From sequence record NC_027402.1: DNA of 64,000 nt, one strand, 5' to 3'. Below, one piece after another: positions 18,797-26,524 of the stretch. Position numbers and translations under genes: made by a program. Numbering within the stretch: the stretch's first letter is position 1; each line of letters opens with the position of its first letter. Below the pieces are notes generated by a model, which ran no database searches, had not been told where the DNA came from, and was given only the letters and a program-made list of their open reading frames with translations.

Positions 18797-19442
18797 TATT
18801 CTCAAAAACTTAGACGAGCAGCAGGAAAAAGAAGTCATTACTGTTGCGCGTGAGTCTATCTCTACGGAGAAGGAACGTGAGTATTGCATGTGGGTTAAGC
18901 CCACTGAAGAAGGTTGGCAATGGCTGTTTGGTCAGACAGGCGAAACCTTCCTGGATGTGATTATGCCGGTCGTTAACGGCAAACGCCGGGTGCGGTTGTC
19001 CACCGATAAAACCGCGGTACTGACGTTAAAAAGGCAAGCATCTGATGGTCGTATCGAAGAGAACTCGGATATCGGGTTTGCTTCCGGTCTGACCTTCTAC
19101 GAAGATGGCAATCTTGCGCATCTCGTGCGTCGTATCAAACTCGAGCCAGGCGAGCTGGCAGAGCAAGGTGCGAAACATTGGGATATCGACCTGTTCTTTA
19201 AACTGGCTGGTCATCCGGTTATCGAATCGCAGGCAGGTTTCGAAGACCTTGTCAACGAACTGCGCGACTCCACTACATTCGGCGAGTGGGTAAAAGTCGA
19301 ACTGGAAGTTGAACGATTTGAGCTGACGTCTATCAAGGACGTATTGCCGTTTGCAGTAGAAGACGCTATTCCAGGCAATCCTTCTAACCCAGATGACCAA
19401 GAAGTCATTCGGGACTACTGGGATAATGAAACCCGCATCTAA
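18780..19442 (+). CDS. CYTH-like (triphosphate tunnel metalloenzyme) protein
   Basis: N-terminal EKEREY (ExExK-like), RRVRL, LTLKR, IEENSDI, WDIDLF and KVELEV follow CYTH motif order. Confidence 0.65.
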   Translation: MMGLFDILKNLDEQQEKEVITVARESISTEKEREYCMWVKPTEEGWQWLFGQTGETFLDVIMPVVNGKRRVRLSTDKTAVLTLKRQASDGRIEENSDIGFASGLTFYEDGNLAHLVRRIKLEPGELAEQGAKHWDIDLFFKLAGHPVIESQAGFEDLVNELRDSTTFGEWVKVELEVERFELTSIKDVLPFAVEDAIPGNPSNPDDQEVIRDYWDNETRI

Positions 19443-19445
19443 GTC

Positions 19446-19482
19446 GTGCCCTCTCCTTCGGGGGAGGGTATCTTCATTTTTT
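19446..19482 (+). terminator. intrinsic terminator
   Basis: GTGCCCTCTCC-TTCG-GGGGAGGGTAT followed by a T-tract. Confidence 0.8.
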
Positions 19483-19500
19483 ATCTTAAGGAGTATGTAA

Positions 19501-19863
19501 ATGCAAATCGGCTTCTTCTTTAATCGTCACGGAATCGTGTTTGTTTGTGGGGTTGCGGATAGCGACGGGAGACGTGTACGCACGTTAGAACTCGACGAAT
19601 CATCTATGGTCGAGTGGAAAGAGAAACTTGCTCCCTTCGCAGAAGGTAAGTTTCAACTGCTGCAGCTCTACACGCAAGCTGCATCACCACGCGTTGCTTT
19701 CTCCCGACTTGGAGACGGCGAAGACACCACACACCTGGTTATCTTCAGTGGGCAGCCTGGTCGTGTATTGAGCGAATTATTGATGGGATTCAATCCGCCT
19801 AGCAAGCCCAGGATGAATACGTACAATGTGCACGACAGTAGCCAAATTCTTATTCTTCGATAA
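19501..19863 (+). CDS. hypothetical protein (120 aa)
   Basis: RBS AAGGAG. Confidence 0.7.
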   Translation: MQIGFFFNRHGIVFVCGVADSDGRRVRTLELDESSMVEWKEKLAPFAEGKFQLLQLYTQAASPRVAFSRLGDGEDTTHLVIFSGQPGRVLSELLMGFNPPSKPRMNTYNVHDSSQILILR

Positions 19864-19911
19864 TTTACGGCCACGGCTGTACGTATGTAAAAGACCTCAA
19901 GGAGAACTATA

Positions 19912-20334
19912 ATGAACAATATCGCGTTTGAAAAAGGCGTTGGGTTACTTCTGAACAACACCATCGTCGCTGGCACTAATAACGCTAACTGGGAAGCGTT
20001 AGCGCAACGTCTCAAAGACAAGCCTGTGAAGATTGTGGTAACGAGCGAGCTGCCGTTAAACGGCACGATGGCGGACTGTGGTCCAATGTTTGCAGCGTTT
20101 AACGTCGACTATGATTGCGGTTCCGCTTTCTTACAAAACGCGGCGTTACGTAGTCGTCTGTACAGCTGGCGTTTGTTGGGTCCGGTAAGTAAAGCCGCTG
20201 GCCAGATGGTTAACCAGGGCACACCGATGTCGGGTGTAGAAGACCAGACTATCGCCGTTGTGGTTTCTCGCGCAACCGGCCAGCTTAACTTTGCAATCTG
20301 CTACGCGTATCAGGAGGAAGAAGTCTGTGCCTAG
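19912..20334 (+). CDS. hypothetical protein (140 aa)
   Basis: RBS AAGGAG. Confidence 0.7.
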   Translation: MNNIAFEKGVGLLLNNTIVAGTNNANWEALAQRLKDKPVKIVVTSELPLNGTMADCGPMFAAFNVDYDCGSAFLQNAALRSRLYSWRLLGPVSKAAGQMVNQGTPMSGVEDQTIAVVVSRATGQLNFAICYAYQEEEVCA

Positions 20335-21196
20335 CATCATTCAGCAAGTTCAGGCAGTCGAAGAATGGTTTCGCAAGACAGACATTTACCAACAGAAAGC
20401 GACTGAGCGTCAGTTGGTAAAGTATTACGTCACACTCGGCAGGATCTCAGCAGGTGTCGATGAACTGGATAACCTAAAGGTGGCTGCCGGTATCGGCGAA
20501 TCGATTTGGACATTTGCCGCGCTGCTACACCTCGGTCCACATTCTAACTTCGGCGATATTATCGTTCCGCTGAGTGACGCGCTATCCGTTCGTACTACAA
20601 CTGGAACGAAAGAAGGGCAGCTGCAGCAACTCATGTTAATTGCGGTCGAGGCCGTTAGTGTTGTTTTGCGAGAACCAGAACACGACCCTAAGAGTTACAG
20701 CGCGCTGCTTCGTAAGTTGATGAGGCAGTATCAATTGTTAGCGTGTCGCTGCGGGCTGGAGTTTGACCGCGTTGTTTTTAACGGTCATCGTAAGCTCGTT
20801 AAGACTCCCGAAACATTAAGCACGCTCGGCGAACTGCTTAAAGCAACGTTGCCGTTACCCGACAACGATTTGGCGAAACAAACCTATCAGGCGGTGTACA
20901 AAACCAACGAGTCAGTTCACGACATTATTGTAAATTGCCTTTTGGCCACATCGAATGATTTACAAACCAAACATAACGGTGAAGTCGCCATGCCGCAGCT
21001 ATTGCTGCGGATGGAGGACATTATGAACGAAAAGCTGCAAGAGCTTCTCAAGGCGCACTTTGAACCGTGGATAGTAAGAAAACAAATGTTGTTCAATCGT
21101 AACCCTCGCGTTGATGTTAAGTTCGATGGTAACGCTGTAAACATTTGTGCGAACGACGATTTAAGAGACATTTTGAATTTATTGAAAGGAAAATAA
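20327..21196 (+). CDS. degenerate (pseudoenzyme) paralog of the MazG-like NTP pyrophosphohydrolase
   Basis: GTG 20327 after AGGAGG. Gapless alignment to the 24558 ORF (W..I..Q..K.Y...G....G..GIG; DI.....DA.S.....G..AV), but the metal-binding EExxE and D residues are replaced. Confidence 0.6.
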   Translation: MPSIIQQVQAVEEWFRKTDIYQQKATERQLVKYYVTLGRISAGVDELDNLKVAAGIGESIWTFAALLHLGPHSNFGDIIVPLSDALSVRTTTGTKEGQLQQLMLIAVEAVSVVLREPEHDPKSYSALLRKLMRQYQLLACRCGLEFDRVVFNGHRKLVKTPETLSTLGELLKATLPLPDNDLAKQTYQAVYKTNESVHDIIVNCLLATSNDLQTKHNGEVAMPQLLLRMEDIMNEKLQELLKAHFEPWIVRKQMLFNRNPRVDVKFDGNAVNICANDDLRDILNLLKGK

Positions 21197-21198
21197 TT

Positions 21199-22236
21199 GT
21201 GAAACAATATCTTGAGATGATGCAGAACATTCTGGACGAGGGTCATGTTAAAGGCGATCGTACTGGAACAGGGACGCTTTCTGTCTTTGGACGCCAGATG
21301 CGTTTTGATTTGCGTAAAGGTTTCCCGTTAGTCACGACTAAGAAACTCCACCTGCGTTCTATTATCCATGAACTGCTGTGGTTCCTTAGTGGGGATACCA
21401 ACACCAAATATCTGGAAGATAACGGCGTTACCATTTGGCGGGAGTGGCAAGATGAAAATGGGAACCTTGGCCCCCTGTATGGTGCACAATGGAGACGTTG
21501 GAAAGATGTGAAACTGGTGCCTAAGAAAAATGCAGCTTTACTCGAGAAACTGCAAGCTGCTGGATACGCGGATTATGGCGACGCGGACGACGGTTCACAA
21601 ATGTTCGATGCGCGTGTACTTCTGAAAGAGCACGACCAGATCTCTAAGGTGATTGACCAGCTGCGTAACGATCCTGACAGTCGCCGTATTATTGTCAGCG
21701 CATGGAACGTGGGTGAGTTGGATCAAATGGCGTTAGCTCCGTGTCATGCGTTCTTTCAGTTCTACACTCGTGAGCTGTCTATCGACGAGCGTCTTGATTG
21801 GTTTGAAAAGAACCTTCCAGATCAATTTAACGATTCCCGCTTTAGTAATGAAGCTGTAGCAGATGACGCAGTGTTCCACGTTGAGATGGACGCACTTGAA
21901 ATACCTCGCCGCATTCTTTCATGTCAGCTCTATCAACGCAGTGCGGATTTTTTCCTCGGCGTGCCGTTCAACATCGCGTCTTACGCATTACTCGTGCACA
22001 TGGTTGCCCAGCAGGTTAACATGGTGCCGGGCGATTTCATTTGGACGGGCGGTGACACACATCTCTACTCTAATCATCTGGAGCAGGCCAAGCTCCAGCT
22101 GACGCGTGAGCCGTTACCTTTACCGAAACTGATCATCAAGCGTAAACCGGAATCTATCTTCGATTATAAATTCGAAGATTTTGAGATCGTTGGGTATCAG
22201 TCTCATGAAAAAATATCTGCACCGGTGGCTATCTAA
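21199..22236 (+). CDS. thyA: thymidylate synthase (with two loop insertions)
   Basis: [61 protein letters not shown] and HLYSNH. True start is GTG 21199 after GGA. Confidence 0.97.
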   Translation: MKQYLEMMQNILDEGHVKGDRTGTGTLSVFGRQMRFDLRKGFPLVTTKKLHLRSIIHELLWFLSGDTNTKYLEDNGVTIWREWQDENGNLGPLYGAQWRRWKDVKLVPKKNAALLEKLQAAGYADYGDADDGSQMFDARVLLKEHDQISKVIDQLRNDPDSRRIIVSAWNVGELDQMALAPCHAFFQFYTRELSIDERLDWFEKNLPDQFNDSRFSNEAVADDAVFHVEMDALEIPRRILSCQLYQRSADFFLGVPFNIASYALLVHMVAQQVNMVPGDFIWTGGDTHLYSNHLEQAKLQLTREPLPLPKLIIKRKPESIFDYKFEDFEIVGYQSHEKISAPVAI

Positions 22237-22248
22237 TTAGGAGCGTTT

Positions 22249-22785
22249 ATGGCTGACAACGTCGTTCCCTTCAAGCCTAAAGCGGTGGTTACCACGGACG
22301 AACCACCGTTCATTCCTATCAATGGACAGAAAATCGTGGAGTTTCCGGATGAGCACCGTGGACAACTTCACGTGCCGCAGCCGGACGGTACGATGAAAGC
22401 TATCGGCTTCCCGATAGCTGAGCAGGAATGGTGGACGCTACTGGCTATTCAGATGATGACTCGTGGTCTGGGTGAATCTATGGAACCAGTCGTCCGTATT
22501 AACACCGATCCGTATATCCACGAACAAGGTAGCTGGATGGAACGGCGTCGGACAATGGAGATACAGATTAGCAAAGAAACGCTTTTGCAAATCGCCGAGT
22601 CCACACCCTTTATCCTGACCTCGTCTTTTAACGGAGATATGGATGAAGACCTCTACATGCATCTTTCAGGCTTAGCAGCCGAGCACCGTATTGCAGAGGA
22701 AGAACCTATCTATACCGAAGCGATGATTATCCATCCGACTGGCTTAGAAGGTAATACCTTTAAACTGATTTGGGTGGAGCTATGA
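22249..22785 (+). CDS. hypothetical protein (178 aa)
   Basis: RBS AGGAG. Confidence 0.7.
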   Translation: MADNVVPFKPKAVVTTDEPPFIPINGQKIVEFPDEHRGQLHVPQPDGTMKAIGFPIAEQEWWTLLAIQMMTRGLGESMEPVVRINTDPYIHEQGSWMERRRTMEIQISKETLLQIAESTPFILTSSFNGDMDEDLYMHLSGLAAEHRIAEEEPIYTEAMIIHPTGLEGNTFKLIWVEL

Positions 22786-23033
22786 CAGACCGTCTCAGTA
22801 AAACAATTCGACTACCACAACAGCGTAATGTCCGCAAGGGCGACGTATTCACCGCGGAAGAATGGGTCGCATTAAAAGCTCTGTTCCCGGACGAAACCGA
22901 TTCGCATGTCGTCCAAATGGCACTGAAAGAGTTTGCAAAGAACGCTCCTGAAATGCTGCTGCGTAAGAAAGAAGAAGAACTGAATATGCTCCGTAATAGC
23001 GTAGATGTTCTCTTTAAAACAATGGAGAAATAA
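22782..23033 (+). CDS. small protein, possibly ribbon-helix-helix DNA-binding
   Basis: ATGA overlap with the previous gene. Strand KTIRL, helix AEEWVALKALF, then TDSHVVQMALKEF; C-terminal coiled coil. Confidence 0.45.
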   Translation: MTDRLSKTIRLPQQRNVRKGDVFTAEEWVALKALFPDETDSHVVQMALKEFAKNAPEMLLRKKEEELNMLRNSVDVLFKTMEK

Positions 23034-23034
23034 G

Positions 23035-23802
23035 ATGATGAAACTCTTTGCGTTCTCCGATGAATTCTACACGGTGGAATTCGACGACTACGAATACGGG
23101 TTATTAGGGGCCGTCGACATGGAGGACGCTAAACGGCAGCTTCCTACTAGCGAAATAGAAATCATTGAGATTGGGGAAACTAATCTTAGTGGGATTTTGA
23201 TGCTGGGGCGGCGACCACGACCTGCGGAACCTGAGCAGGAAAGAGAGCAAGTGCAAGCGATTTGTCTGGTCTATGAGCCGATAGACCCTGCAGCGATAGC
23301 GAAGGTGGTCGATACACTACGGCCACAGATTGGCGTCGCGATTGAAAATTATCGCTGGGCTCGTTTCTCAGGCGACACGCCGATATTTTCGAATAAGCAC
23401 TGGTTGCTGTGTATCAACAACGACACGATAATGGTACCTTTAACAGGGGAGAAGAATTTTGAAGATAACTTCGTCCCTGGCGAAGAGTCTGTTATCTTCG
23501 AGTATACCCATGTCATCGGAAAGCCGAGCTTCTACCAAGTTCTGATTGATGTATTGACTCACGTCGGTCGAACCATCGAATACCACTACTGGGCACGCCA
23601 TGCGCGTTTTAAATGGTTCTCGTTGACGTACGTCGAAGGTTGGGAACGTGTTGTTGAAAAGATTGACGGGCGCTATGAGCAGATTTGGTTCCTGAACCCG
23701 GCATTCCGTGAAGAATTACCCGCATGGGTAAAAGAAGAGGCGAGCAAGCTGACGGTTGGCTTTACTAAGCAGGGCGCGCCGTATATGGTTAACTACAAAT
23801 AA
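23035..23802 (+). CDS. hypothetical protein (255 aa)
   Basis: ATG directly after the previous stop, RBS GGAG. Confidence 0.7.
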   Translation: MMKLFAFSDEFYTVEFDDYEYGLLGAVDMEDAKRQLPTSEIEIIEIGETNLSGILMLGRRPRPAEPEQEREQVQAICLVYEPIDPAAIAKVVDTLRPQIGVAIENYRWARFSGDTPIFSNKHWLLCINNDTIMVPLTGEKNFEDNFVPGEESVIFEYTHVIGKPSFYQVLIDVLTHVGRTIEYHYWARHARFKWFSLTYVEGWERVVEKIDGRYEQIWFLNPAFREELPAWVKEEASKLTVGFTKQGAPYMVNYK

Positions 23803-23813
23803 GGTGAAAACAG

Positions 23814-24293
23814 ATGTCTATAACTCGGATCGATTATCGCGCCGTAGTAAAAGAACTGTCCAAAGGTCTTATCGAACTGGACTCCGATGAAGCCCGTAGC
23901 TGTGGCTTTTTACCGCATATTGCACTGAGCGAGTTCCGCACTATCCGCTATGGCGCTGGTCGTCAGAAAGGCGTTACAACACACGCTGTTGATATGTCAG
24001 CAAAGTTCCACGGCAGCGTTCTGTATCTGGTTCACAATGAAGCGTTACGGAGCGAAGTGGTGGAGAAATTCCATGAAAAAGCCGCTGGGAACGGTTGGCT
24101 GACCGTGCACTGTAACTACTTGCCTGAGGGTTGGAAACGCGCGACGGGTGCTGGTATATCCGGCTACGAGAAATTCGGCTTGGTTATTGTCGATGAAGCG
24201 GGTTTCTTCTTCAACAAGTTCAGTTACGATAAAATCTATCGCAGTCTGGTCGACGTAGTAACGCCAGACGTTGTGATACACCTGATTAATTAA
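23814..24293 (+). CDS. small stand-alone P-loop/terminase-ATPase-like domain, Walker A Lys replaced
   Basis: GAGRQKGVTT (compare RQHGKT of the terminase in this window) and Walker B LVIVDEA; only 159 aa. Confidence 0.55.
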   Translation: MSITRIDYRAVVKELSKGLIELDSDEARSCGFLPHIALSEFRTIRYGAGRQKGVTTHAVDMSAKFHGSVLYLVHNEALRSEVVEKFHEKAAGNGWLTVHCNYLPEGWKRATGAGISGYEKFGLVIVDEAGFFFNKFSYDKIYRSLVDVVTPDVVIHLIN

Positions 24294-24305
24294 GTAGAGG
24301 AAAAT

Positions 24306-24494
24306 ATGGCTGGAGAACTCGGTCGTGGGCAAGCCACAACGTTCATGCATCGTGATGGGTTAGGTGCGGATGTAAACATGTCTCCGGATGACGAGATGGT
24401 TATCCCTGGACTTGACCCTGACGCAGGTGTGGAAGGTGGCGTTGACCCGTCGAAAGACGACGACAACTGCACTGGTGGTGCGTGCAAGATTTAA
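24306..24494 (+). CDS. 62-aa acidic peptide resembling the NrdA C-terminal redox tail
   Basis: RBS AGAGG, terminator immediately after. Ends PSKDDDNCTGGACKI* versus E. coli NrdA PSIQDDGCESGACKI*. Confidence 0.7.
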   Translation: MAGELGRGQATTFMHRDGLGADVNMSPDDEMVIPGLDPDAGVEGGVDPSKDDDNCTGGACKI

Positions 24495-24503
24495 AATACG
24501 TAT

Positions 24504-24539
24504 TAGGGTGTCCATATGGACACCCTACTTATTTTTTTT
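24504..24539 (+). terminator. intrinsic terminator
   Basis: Perfect 24-bp palindrome TAGGGTGTCC-ATAT-GGACACCCTA followed by a T-run. Confidence 0.85.
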
Positions 24540-24557
24540 GTTTAAGGAGCTATCAAA

Positions 24558-25499
24558 ATGGGCGACCGTTTCATTATCCAGATTCCGTATAACGTTATTG
24601 TTGAACCTAACCAGTACCTGGCACAGATTAATGAGCTTCTGGCTGGATTCTGCCAACGTCAGTTTGTTGAACCGTGGTCCTTTGAGAAACTGTACACCCT
24701 GTGCGTGAACAGTGAAACCGGTCACACTTACGTCGAAGGTAAAGTATTCACAGGCGACCAGAGTTTGGAAATAAATGATTTCGAAATGCCGTGGACGTTG
24801 GAAGGTGTCGAGTATCGTGGTACGGTTGATCGTCCACGTTACGTACCTTTGTACACCATCCCACAATGTATTACTAACGTTATGGGTTGGTCTAAAGCGC
24901 GTGGTATTCTGGATAACGGCGTCTGGTATAGCCAAGCCACCAAACTCTACGAAGAAGACGGTGAAGCGGCAACCGGTATCAGTAAAAACAAACGTCGTTA
25001 CATCATGGACGGTATCGGTGATGCTCTGGTCGTGTTGGTTAACTTGATGGAACTCATTAAGTTTGACTCAACCGATATCAGCACATACGTCAACGACGCA
25101 CGTTCAAAGAAACCACACGCCGGGAACAGTCATTACCTGTTCCACAAAATGCGTTTCCATCTTACTTGTGCAGTTGATTATATCTGGGATCAGGCAGGCA
25201 TCGACTCAGCTAAGCAACTCGAATATAAACACTTCGAGAACAGCGACGCGGTAATGATCGAATGTCACTTCGCTCAGATGGTCGAATACGCCAATGCGCT
25301 GGCTATTGCGTACGATATGACTCTGGAACAGTGCTTCTCCTTGGCGTGGGATGAAATCAAAGACCGTAAGGGTTTCCTGAATGCGGACGGTATCTTCGTT
25401 AAAGAAGCAGACATGACTGCTGCTGAAATCGAAGTAAACGGTTCCCTTACTGTAAAAGATGAGGCGTTTACCGATGGCGAAGAAACTGTTCACGGTTGA
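24558..25499 (+). CDS. mazG: MazG-like NTP pyrophosphohydrolase with N-terminal extra domain and internal insertion
   Basis: WSKARGI...QATKLYEEDGE...DGIGDALVVL and AWDEIKDRKG...GIFVKEAD, hallmarks of the phage MazG-like family. Confidence 0.82.
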   Translation: MGDRFIIQIPYNVIVEPNQYLAQINELLAGFCQRQFVEPWSFEKLYTLCVNSETGHTYVEGKVFTGDQSLEINDFEMPWTLEGVEYRGTVDRPRYVPLYTIPQCITNVMGWSKARGILDNGVWYSQATKLYEEDGEAATGISKNKRRYIMDGIGDALVVLVNLMELIKFDSTDISTYVNDARSKKPHAGNSHYLFHKMRFHLTCAVDYIWDQAGIDSAKQLEYKHFENSDAVMIECHFAQMVEYANALAIAYDMTLEQCFSLAWDEIKDRKGFLNADGIFVKEADMTAAEIEVNGSLTVKDEAFTDGEETVHG

Positions 25500-25896
25500 T
25501 TACGACGAATACGTTGATCGTTTACTGGTCAACAATATCGTCTGGGAAGACCACGGTCTAATGCCATGGCATCTGAAATTCCTAGCGGAGCGTTCAGAAC
25601 AATGCGGTGGTTTGGAGTTCGTACTCACCGACACACCAATTCCGGTACCACACATTGCGCCGGTAGAAAATCTGTACTTCTTCGATGCTAATGTGAAGTT
25701 ATTACAGCAGGTACTCTATACACACGACTGGCGTGGTGGTTGTCAGTTCCCAGAGAACGTTTTAAAGCTCTCTGAGCGCTTCGGCACCGACATTGCATAT
25801 TGCCAAACGTTTCCAAAAGACTTGGGACGAAACAGTGTGGTGTTGTGGTATTACCCTCCGGTAGAAGATATCGTAAAAGTGATTATCGAACGCTAA
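25474..25896 (+). CDS. hypothetical protein (140 aa)
   Basis: ATG 25474 after GAGG; overlaps the end of mazG. Confidence 0.65.
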   Translation: MAKKLFTVDYDEYVDRLLVNNIVWEDHGLMPWHLKFLAERSEQCGGLEFVLTDTPIPVPHIAPVENLYFFDANVKLLQQVLYTHDWRGGCQFPENVLKLSERFGTDIAYCQTFPKDLGRNSVVLWYYPPVEDIVKVIIER

Positions 25897-25950
25897 AAAT
25901 AAAAGCAAACGAGTACCCCGTTAGGGGTACTCGCATTACTTATTTTTTTG
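25896..25950. terminator. bidirectional intrinsic terminator
   Basis: CGAGTACCCC-GTTA-GGGGTACTCG with A-rich and T-rich flanks, between convergent genes. Confidence 0.85.
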
Positions 25951-26502
25951 TTACGCTTGAGCCATGTCGGAAACGTCATAAACCAAACCGTTCAACTCAG
26001 TAACGGTAATCAGTTTACTGATATCGACACCATCGCTCGGAACTTCGGTCAAATAAACCTCAACCGTACCTGTCCACGCCAGCGACTTTCCATTGAAACG
26101 CAGATTGTGTTTCGTGGGGGAAGTCATTGATTCTGTCGCGTAAATCTCGGTTGCGTCGATTAACCAATTGTATTTGGTTCGCAGCAAGGGAACAAGATCG
26201 GCAGCGGTCGACACGCCGGTGCCATCGACAGACAACACGACGTTCTCAAACAAATGTGCTACGTCCAATCGTCGATAAGTAAGACCCATCTTACCGAACG
26301 TACCCTTCTCAATGATACCAGAAACATCAAGGTTGGTGTTCAGTCTGGTGTATTGCTCTGGGTCAGGATCGGCTGCGGTGATGTGTGCCGGGTTACCGAA
26401 CGACAATTTATCGATGGTCACGCCCTTACCAGTCAGTCCAGGATTCTGAGACACGATGAGATCGTAAACCAGCTCTTTTGCGGTCTTTCCAAATAAACTC
26501 AT
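25951..26502 (-). CDS. virion structural protein, phiKZ-type tail/baseplate-associated repeat family (183 aa)
   Basis: LSFGNP...NT...G..G...YRRLD.AHLF pattern; lies in the tail operon. Confidence 0.6.
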   Translation of the reverse strand: MSLFGKTAKELVYDLIVSQNPGLTGKGVTIDKLSFGNPAHITAADPDPEQYTRLNTNLDVSGIIEKGTFGKMGLTYRRLDVAHLFENVVLSVDGTGVSTAADLVPLLRTKYNWLIDATEIYATESMTSPTKHNLRFNGKSLAWTGTVEVYLTEVPSDGVDISKLITVTELNGLVYDVSDMAQA

Positions 26503-26524
26503 AACGCACTACCTCTATGGTATA

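Noticed and set aside
21145-22236. ThyA as a dCMP/dUMP hydroxymethylase (modified-base pathway)
   Set aside because: Canonical dUMP-specific Asn and close E. coli-like motifs; no base-modification partners are visible in the window.
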